A DNA stretch of 36,178 bases from Methanothrix sp. (GCA_040770465.1 JAXGJB010000030.1:1-36178), one strand, 5' to 3'; positions 18,151 through 27,865 are shown, counted from the stretch's first letter. The notes: generated by a model from the sequence alone, not told the origin. Translations and numbers: made by a program.

Positions 18151-19350
18151 TCAGTCCTCCGATCTTGCGGCCAGATCTTCCTCGGCCTCCACCGATCCGA
18201 GAGCTCTTCGGGTCAGGAGGTAAACGATGACGGTGGCTCCAACGCCGATCGACCCTCCCAGCAGGAAGACGACGTCGGCAGAAGAACGGTCCATCACCAG
18301 GCCGCCCATCAGGGGCGCCGTGATCATCCCGAGGCTCATGGCGGTGTTGTACGCCCCCATGGAGGTCCCCATCCCGATCCTCTTTCCCAGCTTCACAGTG
18401 AGGGCCATCAGCGCCGGCATCATCACAGCGCTCCCAAGGCCGTTGACGGCGGCGACGAGAAACAGGCCCCAAAACGATCTCGTCTCGGGGATGAGGGCGA
18501 GGCTGGCGGCTGAGACCATCGATCCTGCCAGGATCATGACCGGGGCGTTCCCCCTGTCCGCCATCCGTCCCATGGGTATCTGAAATATCGCCATCAAGAA
18601 GATGGAGACTGTGAGGATCAGCCCCACCTCCCCGGGGACGAGGGATATCCCGGGGGCGAAGAGGGGCATGAAGACGAGAAGCATCCCCCGGACTACAGCG
18701 TTCAGGGCCGTGAAGGCCAGGATCGCCGGGACCGCGGGCTGGCCCAATGCGGCCAACAGACCGGTCCCATCCTTCCTCTTCACATAAGCTCGCCCCTCGG
18801 TCTCCGGGAGGAAGATGGCGATAACCAGAAATGCCAGGGTCGAAAGCCCCGCCATCGCATAAAATGCCGACGAAAATCCGAAGGCGTCGTTCAGCATCCC
18901 GCCCAGGAGGGGGCCTGAGCCGAGGCCCAGAAAGAAGGAGACCTGAAACTTCGCCATGTACGTCCCCTCCTCCCCCCTCTTCGAGAGGTCGCCGATGTAG
19001 GCCATGGCGATGGGGACGACCATCGCCGAGGCGATGCCGTGGCAGAACCGGACTGCGGTGAGGGAGTAGACGCTGCCGGCCGTTACGTAGCCGAGGGATA
19101 GGAGGGCGTAAGCGAATAGGCCGACGACGATGAACTTCTTTCTTCCCGACTCGTCGGAGAGGCGGCCGACGATCGGCATGAATATCGCCCGGGCGGCGGC
19201 AAACCCCGAGAAGATCATACCGATCCATAGCCCCGACGCCCCCAGGTTGTCGGCGTAGATCGGCAGCAACGGGCCAACTATGCCCAGGCCCAGCATGGCG
19301 GCGAAGACCGAGATGAACAGAACGTCAAAGAGCTTTTTATTCGCATTCAT
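18151..19350 (-). CDS. MFS transporter (DHA1-like drug/H+ antiporter)
   Basis: About 12 TM helices; motif A GRLSDESGRK; GPLLGG. Confidence 0.92.
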   Translation of the reverse strand: MNANKKLFDVLFISVFAAMLGLGIVGPLLPIYADNLGASGLWIGMIFSGFAAARAIFMPIVGRLSDESGRKKFIVVGLFAYALLSLGYVTAGSVYSLTAVRFCHGIASAMVVPIAMAYIGDLSKRGEEGTYMAKFQVSFFLGLGSGPLLGGMLNDAFGFSSAFYAMAGLSTLAFLVIAIFLPETEGRAYVKRKDGTGLLAALGQPAVPAILAFTALNAVVRGMLLVFMPLFAPGISLVPGEVGLILTVSIFLMAIFQIPMGRMADRGNAPVMILAGSMVSAASLALIPETRSFWGLFLVAAVNGLGSAVMMPALMALTVKLGKRIGMGTSMGAYNTAMSLGMITAPLMGGLVMDRSSADVVFLLGGSIGVGATVIVYLLTRRALGSVEAEEDLAARSED

Positions 19351-19443
19351 AAGTTATCCGCATTAATGAGGCGCAATTCCTCGAATTATGGTGGGAAATT
19401 CTACGAGTTTGTTTGACAGATGCGGCTGGCCACCACGACATGA

Positions 19444-20895
19444 TCAATATACAGCTCCGCTCACCAGGTTTCCGACGTAGCTTCTCACCCAGATATAGCC
19501 GATGGTGTCCCCGAGAAGGTTTCCCGATACCATCCCCCACCAGACCCCTGGAAGCCCCCATCCGAGCCCGACCGCGAATATGGTCACCAGCAGAATGTTG
19601 AATACGACCGTCCTCAAAACTGAGATGGCCAGGGCCGATTTTCCTCGTCCCACCCCCTGAAATACCGCAGCCGCGAAGATGCCGAGGGGTATCGCGGGGT
19701 AGAAGAAGGCCATGACGCGCAGAAAGGTGACAATATCCGGCCCAAGGTCAGCGGAGGCCTCGGAGGAAGAGAATACGGCCGCGATCTGGGGCGCAAACAT
19801 GTAAGTCGCCCCCGAGAGGAGGAGAGCGACGAGGATCCCCGCCTTCACCGAGTAGAGGTGGGCAACCTCGATCTTCTGAAACGCCTTGGCCCCGAAAGCC
19901 GCCCCGGAGACTGAGATAACCGCGGTGCTCATGGCGATCAGAGGTGTCATGCCTATGTTCACCACACGCATCCCGACGGAACAGACGGCGACTCCATCGG
20001 TCGAGGATACCACGACTATTATGAAGTTTATGACGATCCCCATGAGGGCGATGGAGACGAACTCGAAGCTCGCCGGAACTCCCACCTGCATTATCTCGAG
20101 GGCGACCTTCCCATCACGAGAGAAGCCTCGCAGGTTGAGAGCAACATAAGTATCTTTTTTTACTACCATCCATCGGAGAATCACCGCCGACGAAACGGCT
20201 ATCGAGAGGACCGTGGCCCACGCGGCACCACCGATCCCCCAACCGAAGGTGTAGATGAAGATCGGATCGAGGAGGATGTTGAGGAGGCTTGCAGCCCCCA
20301 TGGCGTACATCGCCCTTTTTGCATCGCCCTCCCCTCTGAGAATGGCGTAGGCAACGTTGGAGAAGAGGATGAATATGGTGCCGGAAAATATGACCCTCGA
20401 GTACTCCGCCGCCAGGGGCGCGGCAGAGCCGGCCCCCAGAAGGACGAAGAGCCTGTCTGACGAAATGTAGAGGACTATGGTGAAGACGACGGAGACGGCT
20501 GCCATGATCAACATCGTATGCTGGGCAACGGCCTCAGCGCCCGGCTTGTCTTGGGATCCGATTCTTCGCGATATCGCAGACCCGCCGCCGACACCAAGTC
20601 CGTTTGCGATCCCCAGGACGACGAAGTAGAAGGGGAAGACGAACCCGATGGCCGCCAGGGCATCACTTCCAAGACCCGCCACCCAGAAGGCGTCGACGAC
20701 GTTGTAGAGGGAAAAGAGGAGCATCGAGAGGATCATCGGGGCTGAGAGCCTCAATATGGCGGACTTCGGATCGCCGAGAAGGGTCTCGACCCCTTTCGTC
20801 CTGCCGTCCGAGTCGAGATCTCCGGCTTCGACGGGTCTGGCGCTGGACTGACCGGCCTCCGTCCGACCCTCATTTCGGCGCGACTCAGCGGTCAC
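19444..20895 (-). CDS. MATE family efflux transporter
   Basis: LYNVVDAFWVAGLG, LRGEGDAK, NILLDPIFIY and FQGVG. GTG start overlaps the regulator stop (GTGA). Confidence 0.92.
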   Translation of the reverse strand: MTAESRRNEGRTEAGQSSARPVEAGDLDSDGRTKGVETLLGDPKSAILRLSAPMILSMLLFSLYNVVDAFWVAGLGSDALAAIGFVFPFYFVVLGIANGLGVGGGSAISRRIGSQDKPGAEAVAQHTMLIMAAVSVVFTIVLYISSDRLFVLLGAGSAAPLAAEYSRVIFSGTIFILFSNVAYAILRGEGDAKRAMYAMGAASLLNILLDPIFIYTFGWGIGGAAWATVLSIAVSSAVILRWMVVKKDTYVALNLRGFSRDGKVALEIMQVGVPASFEFVSIALMGIVINFIIVVVSSTDGVAVCSVGMRVVNIGMTPLIAMSTAVISVSGAAFGAKAFQKIEVAHLYSVKAGILVALLLSGATYMFAPQIAAVFSSSEASADLGPDIVTFLRVMAFFYPAIPLGIFAAAVFQGVGRGKSALAISVLRTVVFNILLVTIFAVGLGWGLPGVWWGMVSGNLLGDTIGYIWVRSYVGNLVSGAVY

Positions 20896-21437
20896 TTCTC
20901 GCCCGCCGAGTGGATCTCGACCTCACGTTTCAGGATACCGATCAGATCGTCCATGGAGAACAGACTCACAAGTTCTACCAGCCTCCGAGCCCTGGCACAA
21001 TCCTCTTTCATCGAGCTGAAGTGGCGGCGGAGTCGGTCGGCTTCATCGCTTCCTTCAACGCCCTCCAGGATCGCTTCCGCCTCACCTATGGTGGCGATGT
21101 GGATCTGCATTATCTGTCTGATCTTCTCGTTCTCAGCTTTGAAGGTCTCCTCTATGCTCTGCCTGACGAGGTAGTAGTTTCTCTTATCGCCCGGTTTTCT
21201 CATCCTCCGCACAATACCCTGATTCTCCAGAAAGGCCATATTGGTGCTGACGGTGGACTTGCTGTACCCCGTCATCTCCACCAGCTCGTCCATCGAGAGG
21301 GGACCAGCTGCCAGAAATAGCGATCCCATGAGAGCTCCTGCAGCGTCGCTGTGCCCCAGCATGTTCGCCATCTTTATACTGGCGTCTATCATGCACCTCT
21401 TTGCGGCCTCCTCGGGTGGGGCTTCTTCAAGTCTCAT
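20892..21437 (-). CDS. GbsR/MarR-type winged-helix transcriptional regulator
   Basis: PLSMDELVEMTGYSKSTVSTNM..LE..GIVRR...GDKRNYY followed by a coiled coil. Start at MRLEE inferred. Confidence 0.88.
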   Translation of the reverse strand: MRLEEAPPEEAAKRCMIDASIKMANMLGHSDAAGALMGSLFLAAGPLSMDELVEMTGYSKSTVSTNMAFLENQGIVRRMRKPGDKRNYYLVRQSIEETFKAENEKIRQIMQIHIATIGEAEAILEGVEGSDEADRLRRHFSSMKEDCARARRLVELVSLFSMDDLIGILKREVEIHSAGEK

Positions 21438-21459
21438 CACTGAGATGTCCGCCACAAGC

Positions 21460-21513
21460 TTTAAGTACATTTCGTATAATCCGAACGCCTCGAAGTTTCG
21501 GAAGAATCCGAAA
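21460..21513. promoter_or_regulatory. Divergent promoter with TATA box and two TTCG-N7/8-CGAA palindromic boxes
   Basis: TTTAAGTA (21460-21467); TTCG-tataatc-CGAA (21471-21485); perfect TTTCGGA-agaa-TCCGAAA (21496-21513). Confidence 0.6.
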
Positions 21514-21534
21514 TATTGGAATGAATGGCTGAAG

Positions 21535-23862
21535 GTGAAGACCACGGATAGGGGAGAGAAACTGGGCAGATGGATTGAGGGAAACCCGATCATCATTCTG
21601 ACGATAGCGGCGCTTTTCACCGTGGCGTCGGTCCACTACGCCCAGAGCATCGTCATGGAGTCGGATACGGAGACCTACGTCGACGAGAACTCCAGACTCT
21701 ATGTGGAGTTCGACCATCTCTTCAACGATCGGTTCGGGAGCGACTCGATCGTGGTCATGGTTGAGGGTGATGCCGCGGCAAGCTCTGAGTCCATGGAGGC
21801 TATGGACCGGTTGACTCGCCAGATGGAGAGGGTTGAGAACGTCCTGGGAACCACAAGCATTGCAGAGATGGTGATGGAGGCGGAAGCGAAAGAGACGGGT
21901 GTCCGGAGAGTTCCCGAATCCCAGGCGAGGATCGACGCGATCCTGGAGGAACTCGAGAAGACGAACCCCGCCATGCTCAACGCCATCCTCCCCGATCGGA
22001 GACATACCATAATATCGATCGACCTTCCGACTTATCTATCCCAGGATAGCATAGAGGCCATCCGTCAGGAGACCTACTCCGCCGTGGAAGTTGCAGAATT
22101 TCCTGCAGGAGCCGAGACCATCGTCACCGGCGAGATAGCCCTGAGACACGACATAGAAGGAGAGATGAACTCCTCCATGGGGAGGCTCCTCATCATCTCT
22201 TGCCTCTTGATGGTGGTGGCCCTCCTCCTCGTCTTCAGGCACGTTCACCTGCCGCTTCTGCCGCTTCCCATCGTCTTTCTCGGGATAATCTGGACCTTCG
22301 GGATGATGGGATTTCTGAAGGTGCCTCTGACGATGGTGTCCATGGCGGCTTTCCCCATCCTCATCGGCCTTGGGATCGATTACGCCATCCAGTTTCAGAA
22401 CCGGATCGAGGAGGAGTTCCAGAGGGGTGAATCGATCGCCAGCGCCGCAATAGATACGGTGGCTCACACCGCGCCAGCCGTATTGATCGCCCTGATCATA
22501 ACCGGGGCGGGCTTCTTCTCCCTCTTCTCGTCGACCGTTCCCATGATCAAAGACTTCGGTCTCCTCTGCCTGATCGGCATCATCATGTGCTACATCTCTT
22601 CCCTCTTTGTTGGGGTCACCGTCCTCTACCAGATGGAGAGGGGGAGGACCGAGAGAAACAACCGTAACGGCGAAGGGAGAAAGGAGAAAAAATCCCCTAT
22701 CACCCCCCTCGTCGTGAAGCAGGCGGCCTTCTTCCTTCATCGGTGGCGGGCCGTGCTGGTGGTGGCGATCGTCCTCACCGCCGTGGGCCAGTATGCCGAC
22801 AGCCAGGTTCCGATCGAGACCGATTTCAAGGAGTTCATCCCTCAGGATCTTCCTCCCCTCAGCCAGTTCCGTCATCTAAGCGACATCTTCGGCGGAACCG
22901 ACCAGCTGAACATCATAGTCCAGGGGGACGTGACCGACCCTGAAACCCTGGAATGGATGGACGAGTTCGGCGATTACGTCGTGGAATCGAGAGATAAGAT
23001 ATACGGGGCATCGAGCCTTGCCACCATCGTAAAGAGCTACAACGGCGGCGTCATCCCCGAGGACGAGTCTGAAGTGGAGACGGTCCTGGACAGGATTCCT
23101 GACGAGGTCAAGCGCCAGTACATCAACGGTCATGACACCGCCCAGATCATCCTTGACATAGGCCAGGCCTTCGATAGCCTGGGTCAGGTGGGGATCGAAC
23201 GGCTCCAGAATGAGGTCAACAAGGACCTAATCTGGTTTGAGCCGCCGCCAGGGATCTACGTCACTCAGACAGGAGATATGACGGTGATGAACAGCCTCAT
23301 CGACGCCCTCACCACCGGCAGAAGGCAGATGACACTTCTGGGCCTGGTTTTAATATTCTCTATACTGCTTTTAATTTACAGAGATATCATAAAGGCTATC
23401 CTGCCCATCCTACCCATGATCATGGTCATCGGCTGGATGGGGGGGTTGATGTACCTCACCGGGATGAAGTACAACCCCATGACCGCAACCCTGGGAGCCC
23501 TTATCCTGGGGGTGGGGTCGGAGTACGCGATTCTGACGATGGAGCGGTTCTACGAGGAGAAGAGGAAGACCGATGACTCCATGAAGGCGCTCTTCAAGGC
23601 GACGGGAAGCATCGGACCCGCGATAGTAGCCTCGGGGCTCACCACCGTCTTCGGTTTCTCCGCCCTCATAGCGTCGCCCTTTCCCATGAACAGCAGCTTC
23701 GGAACGATAACGGTGGTCTCGGTCATCCTCGCCCTCTTCGCCACCTTCACGGTATTTCCGGTGCTTCTGATCAGGCTCGAGTACTGGAGAAAACACAAAA
23801 CTGAAGTGAAAGCCAGAGCCTCAAGCTTGCTCGTTATTTCCCTCAGGAGGTTGAAGGATTGA
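21535..23862 (+). CDS. RND superfamily / MMPL (HAE3-type) exporter
   Basis: Two repeats of TM + large extracellular loop + 5 TM; GLGIDYAI and GVGSEYAI motifs. GTG start 21535 inferred, because the longer ORF overlaps the divergent regulator. Confidence 0.9.
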   Translation: MKTTDRGEKLGRWIEGNPIIILTIAALFTVASVHYAQSIVMESDTETYVDENSRLYVEFDHLFNDRFGSDSIVVMVEGDAAASSESMEAMDRLTRQMERVENVLGTTSIAEMVMEAEAKETGVRRVPESQARIDAILEELEKTNPAMLNAILPDRRHTIISIDLPTYLSQDSIEAIRQETYSAVEVAEFPAGAETIVTGEIALRHDIEGEMNSSMGRLLIISCLLMVVALLLVFRHVHLPLLPLPIVFLGIIWTFGMMGFLKVPLTMVSMAAFPILIGLGIDYAIQFQNRIEEEFQRGESIASAAIDTVAHTAPAVLIALIITGAGFFSLFSSTVPMIKDFGLLCLIGIIMCYISSLFVGVTVLYQMERGRTERNNRNGEGRKEKKSPITPLVVKQAAFFLHRWRAVLVVAIVLTAVGQYADSQVPIETDFKEFIPQDLPPLSQFRHLSDIFGGTDQLNIIVQGDVTDPETLEWMDEFGDYVVESRDKIYGASSLATIVKSYNGGVIPEDESEVETVLDRIPDEVKRQYINGHDTAQIILDIGQAFDSLGQVGIERLQNEVNKDLIWFEPPPGIYVTQTGDMTVMNSLIDALTTGRRQMTLLGLVLIFSILLLIYRDIIKAILPILPMIMVIGWMGGLMYLTGMKYNPMTATLGALILGVGSEYAILTMERFYEEKRKTDDSMKALFKATGSIGPAIVASGLTTVFGFSALIASPFPMNSSFGTITVVSVILALFATFTVFPVLLIRLEYWRKHKTEVKARASSLLVISLRRLKD

Positions 23863-24911
23863 GAAATATAGTCGATTTCGGCCTGACGGCCGCGTTTCTG
23901 TTCATCGCCCTGGTCGGCCTGGTCTCGGCCGGGACTTCTGACAACTACATCCCCTCGGTATCTCTGGATAACTACTGGACAATGTCGGGGTCGCCCCAGC
24001 TCGACGCAAGCCTGGCGGGAACGAGCGAGTTTGAGCGGGGCGACACCGTCACCCTCTACGTCGACCTCACCAACTACGGCAGGATCATGGGCTATAAGGC
24101 CGACAAGAAGGCGGACACCTTGATGGAACAGGCCCTGGCAGACCGGGAGCTGGACTACGAGGGGGAGAAGACGACGGCCCTGGGGATCACAGGAACTCTC
24201 AGGTCCGAGAACGACCTCATCGAGGTGAAGTCCGGCGACCAGGTGATCGAGGCCCTCAGGTCGGGTGAGAGGGCGGAAGATCCGATGGAGTTCTCCATCA
24301 AGATATCAAGCCACGCCCCCGCTGGTGAGTATCCCCTGAAGCTCGATTTAACTTACGACTACCAGTACAACGCCGAGGTGGACGCCGATGAGCTCGACCC
24401 CAACGTAGGCCTTCGGGGTTTCCGGTCGTCTTACTGGTACGAGAGGGCGAACGAGACTATAGAGATCCCCATCTTCGTCAAAAAGGAGTCCGACTTCGAG
24501 ATCACCGCTGTAGAGGCCGAGCTTGACGCCGGCGAGAAGGACGGCGTCATCACCGTCACCTACAGGAACATCGGCGAGGAGGCGGCCGAGGACGCCATCG
24601 CCAGGCTCTCCGTCTTCAAGCCCTTCTCCTCCACCGACGATCAGGCCTACATCGGCACTCTCGCGCCGGGCGAGGAGAGGATGGTGTTGTTCAAGATCGA
24701 CGTCGACTCCGACGCCACCTCCAAGCTCTACAGCATCAACAGCGAGATCAAATACACCGACCTTCGGGGGGAGACGGTAATCTCCGAGAGCATGAAGATC
24801 CCGGTGGACGTGAACCCCGCCGGAAGGTCATATGCCCTCCCCGGCATCATCATCCTCATCCTCCTTTTGGCCGGAGGGGCGTACCTTTACAGGAGGAGGA
24901 AGCGGGGCTGA
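23859..24911 (+). CDS. COG1361 (S-layer/Ig-like domain) membrane-anchored protein associated with RND exporter
   Basis: Signal peptide; beta-rich NIGEE..A.DA.ARLS...PFSSTDD.AYIGTL.PGE; C-terminal TM plus RRRKRG. The start overlaps the RND stop. Confidence 0.82.
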   Translation: MRNIVDFGLTAAFLFIALVGLVSAGTSDNYIPSVSLDNYWTMSGSPQLDASLAGTSEFERGDTVTLYVDLTNYGRIMGYKADKKADTLMEQALADRELDYEGEKTTALGITGTLRSENDLIEVKSGDQVIEALRSGERAEDPMEFSIKISSHAPAGEYPLKLDLTYDYQYNAEVDADELDPNVGLRGFRSSYWYERANETIEIPIFVKKESDFEITAVEAELDAGEKDGVITVTYRNIGEEAAEDAIARLSVFKPFSSTDDQAYIGTLAPGEERMVLFKIDVDSDATSKLYSINSEIKYTDLRGETVISESMKIPVDVNPAGRSYALPGIIILILLLAGGAYLYRRRKRG

Positions 24912-25261
24912 CCGCCGCCCCTCTTCCCCTCACAACCTCTCACCATCCGTTCTCCTCTCCCAGCCTTGATGAGGACGATGGGCAAAAAGCCGACTAATTT
25001 CTAATAAGCACCTCAAAGCCCCCCATTCTTTCGGCCTGCCCTTTATTAGTCGTGGGAAATTGTTAAATAGTTTTAAAGGGCATTATACATTTGTAACAAT
25101 GGAGGGGTGTGGGACCGTTTCGCCGTTTGAGCTGATGACAGGAGCGGCTTTCGTGATGGACGGGCTCGAGATGAATAGAGTAGCCCGTCCGGGCGCGCCG
25201 ATTCTGAAGGTGGCCGGAAGCCTTGCCCGATCTGGACGGTCCTGAGATATGAGGGAGTAAT

Positions 25262-27706
25262 ATGAAAAAATTTGTCTTAGTTTCTCTGACTCTCATCCTG
25301 AGCCTGACTTTGAGCTGTGCGGTCTCTTCGTCGGCTCGAGCCCAGGAGTCTTCCAACAGCACAAACAAGATCACATTGCAGTACCTTCTCGACGAGCCGG
25401 TCATCGACCGTGGGGCAACGACCCTGGCAGGTCCCAACGGATCCGAGGAGACGTACGACTCGGTGACGGTGCCGGGGCTGGAGGAGATGGCGGTCCCGGG
25501 AGAGCCGGTCTTGCCCTTCGGTACGGCCAGGATATTGATACCCTGTGGCGAAGAGGTTCAGGATGTAAAGGTGGTGGCTGGAAACGAGAGGTATCTCGGC
25601 AAGGTATCGATAGGACCCGGCCAGGAGTCGATTCCCATAGGCTTCACCGGCAACTGTACCAGTTGTCACCCTGAGGATAACTGGACGAGCCCCGAGTCCG
25701 CGTTCCTCGATGAGGCGATCTACCAGTCAGAAAGCCCCTATCCAGAGGAGGCATATTCGGTCCAGGGAATTCAAACGAAGCACGGCTACCAGATCCTTTA
25801 CGTCAACTTCTACCCAATAAAGTACATCCCGAAGACGGGTGATGCTTACAGCTTCGGCGCCTTCGATATCGAGGTCGCAACGGCTCCGGCACAGACCCTC
25901 GACCTCGGCGCCGTCAGAGGACTTCCCGAGGATCGGGCAGAGGTAGAGATGATGGTGGACAACCCCGAAAAGGTGACCACCTACACATCGGACCTGGCTC
26001 TGACGGGCATATCTCCCATCCTCAAAGGCAACTACAGCTACGTGATCATCACAAACGAGTACCTCAAGGAAGCTCCAGGTCCCAACAACTTCCAGGCTCT
26101 GGCTGCCCATAAAACCAAGAAGGGCGTTCCTGCAGCCATCGTAACCGTGGAGGAGATCCAAGAGGCATACAAGTACACCTATCCCCGCGACGACCAGGAG
26201 GCCATCCGCAACTTCATCCGAGACGCCCACGACAAGAACGGCGTTAGATACGTCCTCCTCGGGGGCGACGGTGATGGAAACAGGATAGGCGGCGAGACCT
26301 GGGACGCCATCGTCCCGGCGAGGGGGCTTTGGGCCTGGGCTTACGAGCCTGACCCCAGCAGCTGCCCCGGACCCTGCAGGCCGCCAGATCTCCTTTCAGA
26401 CCTGTATTACGCCTGCCTTGACGGGAGCTACGACAGCGATGGTGATGGGATATACGGTGAGCCGAACGACGGCGAAGGCGGGAACATGGTCGATCTCGCC
26501 GCGGAGGTTTACGTCGGTCGGGCCCCGGTGGACAACTATGAGGAGGTCTCCAGCTTCGTTGGAAAGACCATCGCTTACGAGAAGACCTGCTCCGATGAAC
26601 CTTACCTCACCGGGATATGGATGGTGGGAGAGTATCTGGAGCCGATGATCAGTCAGTTGACCAACTCCAGCGACATCGAGAACCAGACATCGGAAACCCT
26701 GGATTGCTCTGGATCCGACTGCGGCGGATCGAGTTCAGGCGGATCCGGCTGCGGTGGATCAGGCTCCGGAGGAGCAGAGTGCGATAAATGGGGCGGAGAT
26801 TACATGGATCGGATAAAGCCGATATTCCCGCCAATATTCAACATCCGAACCCTCTACGATAGAGACTATTTCGGATCAGGCTGCGACCTGGACCAGAACA
26901 ACTGGCCGAGGTCGGCGCTCGAAGAGATCATCAACGACGATATGGTCCACGCCATAAACCACATAGGTTCTGCCAACTTCTGTGACATCGTCGCCTACGT
27001 GATGAAGATGGGCTACAACAACGCCGACGCCCTGAAGAACGAGAAGTACTTCTTCGGCTACTCCCAGGCTGGATACGCGGCATCCTTCGACAACAGAGAT
27101 CCCGATGGGATCTACCTCCCCCACGACTGCGTCCTGGAGCACTTCGTCGCAGGTCCGGCCGGAGCCTTCGCCTTCATAGGCAACACCAGGTACGGCCTCA
27201 TAAATCCGAATAACATCAACAAGAGCCCATCTCAGAGGTTCGACGTGGCCTTCTGGGAGGAGATGTTCAACGCCACTCGCTGGAACCAGTCGGGTGGACC
27301 GGTCACCAACATCGGCCTCATAAACCAGCTCTCCAAGGAGAGGTTCATCAGCACCGTCAACGACAAGGGGGGCAAAGACATGAGGTACTGCTACTACAGC
27401 ATCAACCTCCTGGGAGACCCTGAGACCCCCTTCATCATCCCCGGCACAACCCCCCCCAGGACCGCCGCTGAAGAGACGAATGATCTTCAAGAGGAGGTCA
27501 GCGCTCCGGAGACGAACGATCTTCTGGGGTCTGTCGAGGATGAGGTCAGCGCTCCCACAGCTCTCCCGGCCGTCAGCGGCGCCGTGAATGAGACGGAGAA
27601 CAGATCGAGCCTCCAGATGCCGGATCTATTTGGAGACGGCTTGACCTTCGACTTTGAGACGGATATGGACCTCGATTTCGGAGATCTGGAGCTCAGTTTC
27701 GAATAG
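25262..27706 (+). CDS. Secreted peptidase C25 (gingipain)-family protein with propeptide; catalytic dyad apparently substituted
   Basis: Signal peptide; propeptide PGEPVLP; YVIIT, AIRNFI, YVLLGGD, SDLYYACLDG, VYVGRAP, AFIGNTRYG and NLLGDPE. Confidence 0.88.
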   Translation: MKKFVLVSLTLILSLTLSCAVSSSARAQESSNSTNKITLQYLLDEPVIDRGATTLAGPNGSEETYDSVTVPGLEEMAVPGEPVLPFGTARILIPCGEEVQDVKVVAGNERYLGKVSIGPGQESIPIGFTGNCTSCHPEDNWTSPESAFLDEAIYQSESPYPEEAYSVQGIQTKHGYQILYVNFYPIKYIPKTGDAYSFGAFDIEVATAPAQTLDLGAVRGLPEDRAEVEMMVDNPEKVTTYTSDLALTGISPILKGNYSYVIITNEYLKEAPGPNNFQALAAHKTKKGVPAAIVTVEEIQEAYKYTYPRDDQEAIRNFIRDAHDKNGVRYVLLGGDGDGNRIGGETWDAIVPARGLWAWAYEPDPSSCPGPCRPPDLLSDLYYACLDGSYDSDGDGIYGEPNDGEGGNMVDLAAEVYVGRAPVDNYEEVSSFVGKTIAYEKTCSDEPYLTGIWMVGEYLEPMISQLTNSSDIENQTSETLDCSGSDCGGSSSGGSGCGGSGSGGAECDKWGGDYMDRIKPIFPPIFNIRTLYDRDYFGSGCDLDQNNWPRSALEEIINDDMVHAINHIGSANFCDIVAYVMKMGYNNADALKNEKYFFGYSQAGYAASFDNRDPDGIYLPHDCVLEHFVAGPAGAFAFIGNTRYGLINPNNINKSPSQRFDVAFWEEMFNATRWNQSGGPVTNIGLINQLSKERFISTVNDKGGKDMRYCYYSINLLGDPETPFIIPGTTPPRTAAEETNDLQEEVSAPETNDLLGSVEDEVSAPTALPAVSGAVNETENRSSLQMPDLFGDGLTFDFETDMDLDFGDLELSFE

Positions 27707-27762
27707 GAGCGAAAGCACTGTCCTTCGACCTCAAATCCCTCGTTGAGGACCAGGGTGGAAGA

Positions 27763-27812
27763 GAAAACGGGTTGGGGCCTTGGCTCCTTCTTCGGGCCCC
27801 CAACCCGTTTTC
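27763..27812. terminator. Hairpin with 15-bp perfect stem between convergent genes
   Basis: GAAAACGGGTTGGGG (27763-27777) pairs with CCCCAACCCGTTTTC (27798-27812). Confidence 0.55.
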
Positions 27813-27865
27813 CAGTCATCCAATTCCAGTCATCCAATTCCAGTCATCCAATTCCAGTCATCCAA
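27810..27865 (+). repeat. 4 x 14-bp perfect tandem repeat
   Basis: (TTCCAGTCATCCAA)4, no spacers, followed by a T-run. Confidence 0.92.

Noticed and set aside
21241-21620. Long overlapping N-terminal extensions of the RND and regulator ORFs
   Set aside because: They overlap each other head-to-head and cover the TATA/operator region. Starts at 21535 and 21437 are more plausible.
27810-27865. Possible CRISPR array
   Set aside because: Units are 14 bp and directly adjacent, with no spacers and no cas genes nearby.
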